NCBI GenBank assembly: GCA_002269645.1
Contig: NIVC01000131.1
Location: 124,001-188,000 of the forward strand
Direction of reading: 5' to 3'
Length of the DNA stretch: 64,000 nucleotides
From: Macrostomum lignano
Lineage: Eukaryota
Part shown: positions 12,395-25,355 of the stretch, piece by piece
Position numbering within the stretch: the first letter of the stretch is position 1
Layout: each line of letters begins with the position of its first letter
The notes under the pieces: model-generated
Seen by the model: only the letters and a program-made list of their open reading frames with translations
The model's database searches: none
Told to the model about the DNA's origin: nothing
Position numbers and translations under genes: made by a program

Positions 12395-15300
12395 TGACAT
12401 GACGCTTCTTTTATTCTACCATGATGCTTCTTAATTTTTTAAATGACACTTTCATTAGTTTTTAAATGACGCTTCTATGATTTTTTCACGACGCTTCTAT
12501 GATTGTTTACATGACGCTTCCATGATTGTTTACATGACGCTTCTATGATTGTTTACATGACGCTTCTATGATTTTTACATGACGCTTCTATGATTGTTTA
12601 CATGACGCTTCTACGATTTTTTACATGACGCTTCTATGATTGTTTACATGACGCTTCTATGATTTTTTACATGACGCTTCTATGATTCATTACATGACGC
12701 TTCTATGATTGTTTACATGACGCTTCTATGATTGTTTACATGACGCTTCTATGATTGTTTATATGACGCTTCTATGATTTTTTCATGACGCTTTTATGAT
12801 TTTTACATGACGCTTCTATGATTGTTTACATGACGCTTCAATGATTGTTTACATGACGCTTCTATGATTTTTTCCTGACGCTTTTATGATTTTTACATGA
12901 CGCTTCAATGATTGTTTACATGACGCTTCTATGATTGTTTATATGACGCTTCTTTGATTTTTACATGACGCTTCTATGATTGTTTGCATGACGCTTCTAT
13001 GATTTTTTACATGACGCTCCTATGATTGTTTACATGACGCTTCTATGATTTTTTGCATGACGCTTCTATGATTGTTTGCATGACGCTTCTATGATTTTTT
13101 ACATGACGCTCCTATGATTGTTTGCATGACGCTTCTATGATTTTTTACATGACGCTCCTATGATTGTTTACATGACGCTTCTATGATTGTTTACATGACG
13201 CTTCTATGATTTTTTTAAAAGACGCTTCTATGATTTTTACATGACGCTTCTATGATTGTTTACATGACGCTTCTATGATTTTTTAAAAAGACGCTTCTAT
13301 GATTTTTACATTACGCTTCTATGATTTTTTACATGACGCTTCTATGATTGTTTGCATGACGCTTTTATGATTTTTACATGACGCTTCTATAATTGTTTAC
13401 ATGACGCTTCTATGATTTTTACATGACGATTCTATGATTGTTTACATGACGCTTCTATGATTGTTTACATGACGCTTCTATGATTGTTTACATGACGCTT
13501 CTATGATTGTTTGCATGACGCTTCTATGATTTTTTCATGACACTTTTATGATTGTTTACATGACGCTTTTATGATTTTTACATGACGCTTCTATGATTGT
13601 TTACATGACGCTTCTATGATTTTTTACATGACGCTTCTATGATTGTTTACATGACGCTTCTATGATTGTTTACATGACGCTTCTATGATTCATTACATGA
13701 CGCTTCTATGATTTTTATATGACGCTTCTATGATTGTTTACATGACGCTTCTATGATTTTTTAAATGACGTTTTTTTGATTTTTAAATGACGCTTCTATG
13801 ATTTTTTACATGACTCTTCTTCTATCAGCGCCCCCCCCGTGGCGAGCCAACAAAGAATGCAATAAAAAAATTGAGTAAAGTACATGAACTTTGAATTAGC
13901 TTCTGACTTTTGCTTTGACATCTCAGAAACCCCCCCCCCCGTAATCTCAGTTATTTTCTGAGAGCCTTGACGTCTCAGTTTTTCTCCCCAGCACAGCATT
14001 ATAGCTGCATTTAATTTTTCCATGACACCCTTCATGTCTGACATGACGTTTCTTTAATTCTACCATGATGCTTCTTAAATTTTTAAATGACGCTTTCATT
14101 AATTTTTAATGACGTTTTTTTGATTTTTATATGACGCTTCTATGATTTTTATATGACGCTTCTACGATTTTTACATGACGCTTTTATGATTTTTACATGA
14201 CGCTTTTATGATTTTTACATGACGCTTCTATGATTTTTTACATGACGCTTCTATGATTTTCTACATGACGCTTCTACGATTTTTTACATGACGCTTCTAT
14301 GATTTTTTACATGACGCTTCTATGATTGTTCACATGACGCTTCTATGAGTTTTAAATGACGCTTCTATGATTGTTTACATGACGCTTCTATGATTGTTTA
14401 CATGACGCTTCTATGATTGTTTATATGACACTTCTATGATTGTTTACATGACGCTTCTATGATTGTTTACATGACGCTTCTATGATTTTTCACATGACGC
14501 TTCTATGATTGTTTATATGACGCTTCTATGATTTTAATATGACGCTTCTATGATTGTTTATATGACGCTTCTATGATTGTTTATATGACGCTTCTATGAT
14601 TTTTTATATGACGCTTCTATGATTTTTTACATGACGCTTCTATGATTGTATACATGACGCTTCTATGATTGTTTACATGACGCTTCTATGATTTTTTACA
14701 TGACGCTTCTATGATTGTATACATGACGCTTCTATGATTGTTCACATGACGCTTCTATGAGTTTTAAATGACGCTTCTATGATTGTTTACATGACGCTTC
14801 TATGATTGTTTACATGACGCTTCTATGATTGTTTATATGACACTTCTATGATTGTTTACATGACGCTTCTATGATTGTTTACATGACGCTTCTATGATTT
14901 TTTACATGACGCTTCTATGATTGTTTATATGACGCTTCTATGATTTTAATATGACGCTTCTATGATTGTTTATATGACGCTTCTATGATTGTTTTTATGA
15001 CGCTTCTATGATTTTTTACATGACGCTTCTATGATTTTTTACATGACGCTTCTATGATTGTATACATGACGCTTCTATGATTGTTTACATGACGCTTCTA
15101 TGATTTTTTACATGACGCTTCTATGATTTTTACATGACGCTTCTATGATTGTTTACTTGACGCTTCTATGATTGTGTACATGACGCTTCTATGATTTTTA
15201 TATAACGCTTCTACGATTTTTACATGACGCTTCTATGATTTTTTACGTGACGCTTCTATGATTTTTTACATGACGCTTCTATGATTTTTTACATGACGCT

Positions 15301-15395
15301 TCTATGATTTTTTAAATGACGCTTTTATGATTGTTTACATGACGCTTCTATGATTGTTTACATGACGCTTCTATGATTCATTACATGACGCTTCT
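12395..15395. repeat. Helitron-internal satellite array 2, split by a duplicated spacer (13805-14050 copies 12163-12410)
   Basis: Same monomer; the spacer duplication is visible in the sequence and as duplicated ORFs 12164..12400 and 13796..14044. Confidence 0.97.
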
Positions 15396-15460
15396 TTTAA
15401 AAAAGTCTTTTAGTTTTCCTGACGTTGAAAAGCTTTAATTAAAAAAATTATACTCTATGA

Positions 15461-15521
15461 AAATTCGAACCATCGTCGCTGCATTTAGCAGTTCAGTTTG
15501 TTCACCTCTACGCTAGCTCTC
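15461..15521 (-). ncRNA. tRNA-like Pol III promoter copy
   Basis: Minus strand GAGAGCTAGCGTAGAGGT...CTGCTAAATGCAG...GGTTCGAATTTT. Confidence 0.55.
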
Positions 15522-16253
15522 ATCGTTTTGATAACATCAAATTTTGCACTTATATAATTCAACATTTTAAAATCCAAGCATAGAGTAAATCACACGAAGC
15601 AGTTATGACATAATCAATTTCTCAGTCAGTCAGTATCAGTTAACAATATGGTTACGCAATTTAAATCAAGTCTGGTGCTAGGCTTCCACACTGCATTTTC
15701 AATTCAAGTCGGAGTTACAATTCAGTTATGATGCAATCTATTTCAGAGTCAGAATTCAACCAGTCAGTTTTTTCTCTAGCATTCTTACAATGCATTTCAA
15801 GTCAAAAAGTTTGCTTGACCTTTGCAAAAAAGCATGTTTTTCGAATATTTAATGCCTTTAGCATTGAGCAATTTCTTAGCCACGATGCATGTACCGTCAC
15901 GGGAAAATTTCTGATCGAACAGTGCAAGTTCGAACAAAATCGGTCCAGCCATTTTTTCTCTAATCGATCACATAGATAGATAGATAGATAGATAGATAGA
16001 CACAGACAGACCATTTTTAGTATATAGGATGGACTAGCAATCTACGCCCCCCGTTGGGGAGCCAAAGAAATGCAATACACGTATTTTTAGTAAGCTACAT
16101 GTATCCTTGAAATCTTAAAAAATCTCCTGTCAAATCTTGTAAGCCTTGACATGTCAGTAATCCCCCCCACAAGCTTTAACATATCAACTCCCCCCTTGAC
16201 ATCTCAGCAATGCCCCCAATAAGCCTTGGAAATATAAAAATATCTGTCAACCT

Positions 16254-16388
16254 TCTAACCCTAACGCTAGCCTAACCCTAACCCTAACCCTATAGCCTAA
16301 CCCTAACCCTAACCCTGACCCTAACCCTAACCCCAACCCTAAGCCTAACCCTAACCCTAACCCTAACCCAACCCTAACCCAACCCTAA
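16254..16388 (-). repeat. Interstitial telomeric repeat, ~22 partly degenerate TTAGGG units, same position in another Helitron unit
   Basis: (CCCTAA)n with variants; flanks match those of 7514-7577. Confidence 0.9.
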
Positions 16389-16699
16389 AGCATTGAAATT
16401 TCAGTAATTCTCTCTAAGAGTCATTATAGCACTACTACAGCATTATAGCGATTCCCTGCAAGCCTCGACATCGTAGGGATTCCCAAATGAATCTCTTAAC
16501 TTCGACATGAAGCTTCTTTTATTTTTTACATTACGCTTTTTTATCAGCGATCCCTCCCCTGAGGAGGCATCAAATAATGTAATAAAAAGTTTTCAATAAA
16601 CTACATGTAGCTTCTGACTTTAGCCTTGAAATCTCATTTATACCCCCGTGAGCTTTGAGATCTCAGCTATTCCCCCCGTAAGCCTTGACATGTTAGCGA

Positions 16700-18985
16700 T
16701 GCTTCTATGATTTTTTTACATGACGCTTCTATGATTTTTTATATGACGCTTCTATGATTGTTTCATGACGCTTCTATGATTTTTTACCTGACGCTACTAT
16801 GATTTTCACATGACGCTTCTATGATTTTTTCATGACGCTTCTATGACTTTTTAGATGACGCTTCGATGATTGTTTACATGAAGCTTCTATGATTTTTTAC
16901 ATGACGCTTCTATGATTTTTTACATGACGCTTCTATGATTGTTTATATGAGGCTTCTATGCTTTTTACATGACGCTTCTATGATTTTTTACATGACGCTA
17001 CTATGATTTTTACATGACGCTTCTATGATTTTTTACATGACGTTTTTATGATTTCTTACATGACGCTTCCATTATTTTTTTCATGACGCTTCTATGACTT
17101 TTTAGATGACGCTTCTATGATTGTTTCATGACGCTTCTATGATTGTTTATATGACGCTTCTATGCTTTTTACATGACGCTTCTATGATTTTTTTACATGA
17201 CGCTTCTATGATTTTTTATATGACGCTTCTATGATTGTTTCATGACGCTTCTATGATTTTTTATATGACGCTTCTATGATTGTTTATATGACGCTTCTAT
17301 GATTGTTTATACGACGCTTTTATGATTGTTTACATGACGCTTCTATGATTGTTTATACGACGCTTTTATGATTGTTTACATGACGCTTCTATGATTGTTT
17401 ACATGACGCTTCTATGATTTTTTATATGACGCTTCTATGACTGTTTATATGACGCTTCTATGCTTTTTACATGACGCTTTTATGATTTTTTTACATGACG
17501 CTTCTATGATTGTTTACATGACGCTTCTATGATTGTTTCATGACGCTTCTATGATTGTTTACATGACGCTTCTATGATTGTTTACATGACGCTTCTATGA
17601 TTGTTTACATGACGCTTCTATGATTGTTTACATGACGCTTCTATGATTTTTTACATGACGCTTCTATGAATTTTACATGACGCTTCTATGATTGTTTATA
17701 TGACGCTTCTCTGATTTTTTATGACGCTTCTATGATTTTTTCATGACGCTTCTATGATTTTTTACCTGACGCTACTATGATTTTCACATGACGCTTCTAT
17801 GATTTTTTCATGACGCTTCTATGACTTTTTAGATGACGCTTCGATGATTGTTTACATGAAGCTTCTATGATTTTTTACATGACGCTTCTATGATTTTTTA
17901 CATGACGCTTCTATGATTGTTTATATGAGGCTTCTATGCTTTTTACATGACGCTTCTATGATTTTTACATGACGCTTCTATGATTTTTACATAACGCTTC
18001 TATGATTTTTTACATGACGTTTTTATGATTTCTTACATGACGCTTCCATTATTTTTTTCATGACGCTTCTATGACTTTTTAGATGACGCTTCTATGATTG
18101 TTTCATGACGCTTCTATGATTGTTTATATGACGCTTCTATGCTTTTTACATGACGCTTCTATGATTTTTTTACATGACGCTTCTATGATTTTTTATATGA
18201 CGCTTCTATGATTGTTTCATGACGCTTCTATGATTTTTTACCTGACGCTACTATGATTTTCACATGACGCTTCTATGATTTTTTCATGACGCTTCTATGA
18301 CTTTTTAGATGACGCTTCGATGATTGTTTACATGAAGCTTCTATGATTTTTTACATGACGCTTCTATGATTTTTTACATGACGCTTCTATGATTGTTTAT
18401 ATGAGGCTTCTATGCTTTTTACATGACGCTTCTATGATTTTTTACATGACGCTACTATGATTTTTACATGACGCTTCTATGATTTTTTACATGACGTTTT
18501 TATGATTTCTTACATGACGCTTCCATTATTTTTTTCATGACGCTTCTATGACTTTTTAGATGACGCTTCTATGATTGTTTCATGACGCTTCTATGATTGT
18601 TTATATGACGCTTCTATGCTTTTTACATGACGCTTCTATGATTTTTTTACATGACGCTTCTATGATTTTTTATATGACCGTTCTATGATTGTTTCATGAC
18701 GCTTCTATGATTGTTTACATGACGCTTCTATGATTGTTTACATGACGCTTCTATGATTGTTTATATGACGCTTCTATGATTGTTTATACGACGCTACTAT
18801 GATTTTTACATGACGCTTCTAAGATTTTTTACATGACGCTTCTATGATTTTTTACATGACGCTTTTATGATTTTATACATGACGCTTCTAAGATTTTTTA
18901 CATGACGCTTCTATAATTTTTTACATGACGCTTTTATGATTTTTTACATGACGCTTTTATGATTTTTTACATGACGCTTCAATGA
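16700..18985. repeat. Helitron-internal satellite array 3 with higher-order repeat
   Basis: Same monomer; the diagnostic variant ACCTGACGCTACTATG recurs at 16786, 17764 and 18240. Confidence 0.97.
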
Positions 18986-19599
18986 TTTTTTAGTTTTCTT
19001 GGCGTTAAAAAGCTTTAATTAAAAAACTCCACTCTTTCAAAATTCGAACCATTGTCCCTGCATTTAGCAGTTCAGTCTGTTTACTCCAAGCATAGAGTAA
19101 ATCACACGAGGCAGTTATGACATAATCAATTTCTCAGTCAGTCAGTATTAGTTAACAATATGGTTACGCAATCTAAATCAAGTCTGGTGCTACGCTTCCA
19201 CACTGCATTTTCAATACTGTGAGGCAATTCAAGTCGGAGTTATTACAATTCAGTTATGATGCAATCTATTTCAGAATTAGAATTCAACCAGTCAGTTTTT
19301 TCTCTAGCATTCTTACAATGCATTTTAAGTCGAAAAGTTTGCTTGACCTTTGCAAAAAAGCATGTTTTTCGAATATTTAATGCCTTTAGCATCGAGCAAT
19401 TTCTTAGCCAAGACACATGTACCGTCACAGGAAAATTTCTGATCGAAAAGTGCACGTCTCATGAAAATCGGTTAAGCCATTCTGGAGATAATCGATTGCG
19501 CACATACAAGATTTTCATTTTTAGTATATAGGACTAGCCAATTCCAACCCCCGTTGGGGCTTTCCGTCAGAACTCCTACCAAAGTTTTCCCACGCAAAA

Positions 19600-22430
19600 G
19601 AAATTCACCTAACTGAACCCCCCCATCCAAAGAATCTCTAATCCATAAAGTCCCTGATGCAAATAATCTCACGTGCAAAAAACCCTCATCCAAAGAATCC
19701 CATACAAAGAACCCCCCATCGACAGAATCCCCGATCCGAAGAATTCCCCATTCAAGGAATCCTCTATCTGTAGAATTCCCTATTTAATGAATCGCCCATC
19801 CATAGAATCTCACATGCAAAGAATACCAATCCTTCCCATCCCATCCCCATCCCATCCCATTGATAGAATCCCCGATCCGAAGAATTCCCCATTCAAGGAA
19901 TCCTCTCATCTGAAGAATTCCCCGTCCAATAAATCCCTTATTCAAGAAATCCCTCATCCACAGAAACCCTCTATCCAAAGAATCCCCCACCCATCCCTAT
20001 CCAAAGAATCGCCCATCCATCCCTATCTAAACAATCCCCCATCCATCCCTATCCCAAGAATCCTCCTATTCATCCCTATCCAAAGAATTTCCCCATCCAT
20101 TCCTATCTAAATAATCACCTTAACCATCCATATCCAAAAAATTCCTTCTCCAAAAAATCCCCCTCTAAATAATTAACATCCTTAAATAATCCCCCATCAA
20201 AAGCATAATTGGCCAAAGAATCCAGAATCCCCTCATCTAAAGAACCCCCGTTCAAATAACCCCCATCTAAAAAATCATTCATCTAAAGAATCCCCCATTC
20301 AAAAAACCCTCAATCGAAACAATGCCCCACCGAAGAAATTGCCCAATGAATCACCTATTCAAATTTATCCATTAGAAGCATCCCTCATCCAAAGAATCAT
20401 CAATCCATAGAATTCCCCCAAGACTTAACATCTCAGCAATTTCCCCAAGCCTCGACACCTCAGAAATTTTCCCCAAGCATTGACATCTAAGCAATTCCGG
20501 CGCAAGCCTTGACATGTTACCAATTTCTCCCCGTCCAAAGCCTTGACATCTCAGTAATTCCCCTCCCCAAGCCTTGATATCTCAGTAATTCTCCCAGTAA
20601 GCCTTCATATCTCAGTAATTCCTCCAGTAAGTCTTGACATCTTAGCGATTCCCCTCCCCGAGACTTAAGACCTCAGCAATTCCTTTTTAAGCCTTCACAC
20701 CTCAGCAATTCCCCCACAAGCCTTGGCATCTCAGCAAGTCCCACTTAAGCCTTCACATGTCATTAATTCCCCAAGGTAAGATTTTATACATGTATCTCAA
20801 TAATTCCCCTTGTAAATCTTGACATCTTAAAATTCTCTTCCGAGCAAGCATACCCCAAGAGCAAGCGTCCTTCCGATAGCAAGCAACCCCTGATAGAAAG
20901 TACCCCCAGCAAGATTAATGAAGCAATTTCCTCAGCTAGCCAATTTCAACTCCCGTTGAGGCTTTCCGTCCAAACTCCAGCCACAGTTTTCCCACGCAAT
21001 AAAATTTCACCCAACTGAATCTCCCATACAAAGAATCCCTCATCCAAAGAATACACCACCCATAAAATCCACGATGCAAAGAATCTCACATGCAAAGAAT
21101 CCGCCATCCAAAAAACCTCCCATCGATAGAATCACCGATCCGAAGAATTCCCCATTCAAGGAATTCTCCTATCTGAAGAATTGCCCATCCATAGAATCTT
21201 ACATGCAGAGAATCCCCATCCAAAGAACCCCCATCGATAGAATCCCCGATCCGAAGAATCCCCCTATCCATCCCTATCCAAAAAATCCTCGACCTCCATC
21301 CATATCAAAAAATCTCCCATCCAAAGAACCCCTATCAATAGAATCCCGGATCCAAAGAATTCCCCATTCAAGGAATTCTCCTATCTGAAGAATTTCCCAT
21401 CCAATGCATTGCCCATCCATAACATCTCACATGCAAAGAATCCCCTTCAAAAGAATCCCTATTAAAAGAGTCCCTCATTCACAGAGTCCCCATCGAAAGA
21501 ATCCCCCACCCATCCATATCCAAAGAATCCCCCACCCATCCATATCCAAAGAATCCCCACCCATCCAAATCTAAAGAATCCCCCACCCATCCATATCCAA
21601 AGAATCCCCCACCCATCCATTTCCAAAGAATCCCCCACCCATCTATATCCAAAGAATCCCCTCCCATCCATATCCAAAGAACCCCCCACCCATCCATTTC
21701 CAAAGAATCCCCCCCACCCATCTATATCCAAAGAATCCCCCTCCCATCCATATCCAAAGAACCCCCCCCCACCCATCCATATCCAAAGAATCCCCCATCC
21801 ATCCCTATCGAAAAAATGCCCCTATTTATCCCTATCCAAAGAATCCTCCTATCCATCCCCATCCATTCCTAACTAAAGAATCTCCCTCCAAAAAATCCCC
21901 ATGCAAATAATCCACGTCCAAATAATCCCCATCCACAGAATCTCCATCCACATTATCCATTGATTCTCCCATCAAAAGAATAATTGGCCAAATAATACCC
22001 TCATCTAAAAAAACCCGTTCAAAAAACTTTACGTCCAAATAATCCCCATCAACAGAATCCCCCATTCAAGGAATCCAAAGAAACTCCCATCCAAATAATC
22101 CGCCCATGAATAGAATTCTTGGCCAAAGAATCCCCTCATCTCCTCGAGATATCCATTAGAAGCATCTCTCGTTCAAAGATTCCCCGATCCATAGAATTCC
22201 TCCCCAAGACTTAACATCTCAGCAATTCCCACCAAGCCCTGACACCTCAGAAATTCCCTCCAAGCCTTGACATCTCAGCAATTCACTCTTAAGCCTTGGC
22301 ATCTCAGTAATTCTCTCAGTAAGCCCTTATATCTCAGTAATTCCCCCAGTAAGTCTTGACATCTCAGCAATTCCCCTCACGTCTTGATATCTCAGCAATT
22401 CCCTCTTAGCCTTGGCATCTCAGTTTAATA
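19600..22430. repeat. Degenerate AAAGAATCCCCCATCC and GCCTTGACATCTCAGCAATTCC repeat blocks, duplicated within a variant Helitron unit (second 3' end at 20936)
   Basis: 19534-20830 and 20936-22430 are diverged copies, each beginning CTAGCCAATT(C/T)CAAC. Confidence 0.8.
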
Positions 22431-22550
22431 ATTTTTTTTGAATATAATACTCGTAGCTTCTCTTCTACCTGATTTACCTGACGTTTTTTTAGTTTTCTTT
22501 AGCTAAAAAGTTTAAAATTAATTTTTTTTAATAAAATACTTCTACAATTT

Positions 22551-22612
22551 AAAAATTCGAACCCACGTCGCTGCATTAGCAGGTCAGTCTGTTTACCTCT
22601 AGGCTATCTCTC
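22551..22612 (-). ncRNA. tRNA-like Pol III promoter copy followed by T5 terminator
   Basis: Minus strand GAGAGATAGCCTAGAGGTAAACAGACTGACCTGCTAATGCAGCGACGTGGGTTCGAATTTTT. Confidence 0.6.
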
Positions 22613-23847
22613 AATGCTTTGATAACATAAATTGTAGCACTTACATAATTCAACACTTTCAAAACTCCACGCACAGAGTAAATCACGCAAAGCAGTTATG
22701 ACATAATTTCTCAGCCAGTCTGTATCAGTTTCAAATAAAGTCACCAATATGGTTACGCAATCTAAATCTAAATTCAATGGCGCTGGCTTGAATTGTGGAA
22801 TTGCGATAAAGTAGGGGTTTGCGATATTGGAGAGCGTACAATGAGTATATAAAGTAAAATTCAAAGGAATCTTCTTTTTAATGCTGTGCTTTTAATTTTT
22901 CGAATCTACGAGTAAGCAAAGAAATTATTCCCGAACTCAGCGTTTCAAGCTCTTTCTAGCAATACAAGGCTCTCTTCTGAAAGTAAAAAACTCGAAGCAC
23001 AAACAATGATTGAACATTCCTGCTTTAAAGCATTCAAATTCATAAGGCGTACATTCAGCGCCAGCTACAGTAAGAGGCCTGCAAGTTGATGCATTGAAAT
23101 TAACAACCAAGCCAGCCCATGAATAATTGAATAGCGACACCCGCCCCTCAATTAAAATGTGTTGCGCAACCTTTCAACGCTTGTAGCTCTCCACGCGAGT
23201 GTGGAGAACCAATGCTATAGTTGGCACTGAGTTATGATGCAATACAATTCCATCGGCAGTCAGACTGCTTCTCAATCGGAAAGAACTGTTTGAACTTTAA
23301 AAAACAGGGAGAAAATTGAGTTTTTCGAATATTTAAGCCCGAAAAAATGAAGCAATTTCTTAGCAAAATTTTGTGTACCTGCGCACCATCAATACGCATC
23401 GAATGCAGAAAACCCCACGAAATTCCGACCATGTAGAGTCAAGTTAAGCGAAGGTTCCTATAGGTACATAGTTTTGATTTTTAGTATATTGGATTGGATG
23501 GAAGGTAGAAAATGAAAGTAAGGTAGGTTGTGTGAGTGAGAGTAGAGAATGGTAAGAAAGAGAAAACTATCGTACCACACGTTTTAAACTCGTTGAACCA
23601 CCCACCCCAAAAAGCTGGACACCCTTGTACACCGTTCAAATGTACACAAAGCCCAAATTTTCTCTCTCCAGCACCCAGACTTTAAAATGAAACTGATAAC
23701 TGATAAGTAGCTTTTCAATTCTTAACCAATGCAATGTACATTTGTGCCCTGCTCTTCTGAGTGAGTTTTTGCCATGTCGATTTATTTCTCAAACACAATC
23801 GATCACACGGTATCAGCCTCCAATAGAGTTAAAAATATGGTTGAGCA

Positions 23848-25355
23848 ACATGACGCTTCTATGACTATTTACATGACGCTTCCATGACTATTTACATGAC
23901 GCTTCTATGACTGTTTACATGACGCTTCTATGACTGTTTACATGACGCTTCTATGACTGTTTACATGACGCTTCTATGACTATTTACATGACGCTTCTAT
24001 GACTGTTTACATGACGCTTCTATGACTGTTTACATGACGCTTCTATGACTGTTTACATGACGCTTCTATGACTATTTACATGACGCTTCTATGACTGTTT
24101 ACATGACGCTTCTATGACTGTTTACATGACGCTTCTATGACTGTTTACATGACGCTTCTATGACTGTTTACATGACGCTTCTATGATTGTTTACATGACG
24201 CTTCTATGATTGTTTACATGACGCTTCTATGACTGTTTACATGACGCTTCTATGACTGTTTACATGACGCTTCTATGACTGTTTACATGACGCTTCTATG
24301 ATTTTCTAAATGACGCTTCTATGATTGTTTACATGACGCTTCTATGATTGTTTACATGACGCTTCTATGATTGTTTACATGACGCTTCTATGACTGTTTA
24401 CATGACGCTTCTATGACTGTTTACATGACGCTTCTATGACTATTTACATGACGCTTCTATGACTGTTTACATGACGCTTCTATGACTGTTTACATGACGC
24501 TTCTATGACTATTTACATGACGCTTCTATGATTGTTTACATGACGCTTCTATGATTGTTTACATGACGCTTCTATGACTGTTTACATGACGCTTCTTTGA
24601 TTGTTTACATGACGCTTCTATGATTGTTTACATGACGCTTCTATGATTTTCTAAATGACGCTTCTATGATTGTTTACATGACGCTTCTATGATTGTTTAC
24701 ATGACGCTTCTATGATTGTTTACATGACGCTTCTATGATTGTTTACATGACGCTTCTATGACTATTTACATGACGCTTCTATGATTGTTTACATGACGCT
24801 TCTATGATTGTTTACATGACGCTTCTATGACTATTTACATGACGCTTCTATGACTGTTTACATGACGCTTCTATGATTTTCTAAATGACGCTTCTATGAT
24901 TGTTTACATGACGCTTCTATGATTGTTTACATGACGCTTCTATGATTGTTTACATGACGCTTCTATGACTGTTTACATGAGGCTTCTATGACTATTTACA
25001 TGACGCTTCTATGACTGTTTACATGACGCTTCTATGACTGTTTACATGACGCTTCTATGACTATTTACATGACGCTTCTATGACTGTTTACATGACGCTT
25101 CTATGATTGTTTACATGACGCTTCTATGACTGTTTACATGACGCTTCTATGACTATTTACATGACGCTTCTATGACTGTTTACATGACGCTTCTATGACT
25201 GTTTACATGACGCTTCTATGACTATTTACATGACGCTTCTATGACTGTTTACATGACGCTTCTATGATTGTTTACATGACGCTTCTATGATTGTTTACAT
25301 GACGCTTCTATGACTGTTTACATGACGCTTCTATGATTTTTACATGACGCTTCTT
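23848..25355. repeat. Helitron-internal satellite array 4 (GACTGTTT/GACTATTT variant, highly homogeneous)
   Basis: 23-bp monomer ACATGACGCTTCTATGACTGTTT. Confidence 0.97.

Noticed and set aside
9846-22612. Functional tRNA genes
   Set aside because: Acceptor and T-stems do not pair and there is no Ser-type long variable arm; kept only as tRNA-derived promoter-like elements
8425-25355. CRISPR-like array suggested by hundreds of short repeats
   Set aside because: Monomers are contiguous with no unique spacers, there are no cas genes, and the DNA is eukaryotic
8425-25355. Each satellite monomer contains a micro-ORF ATG ACG CTT CTA TGA (MTLL*)
   Set aside because: A four-codon ORF is expected by chance, it is antisense to the Helitron/Pol III direction, and there is no evidence of translation
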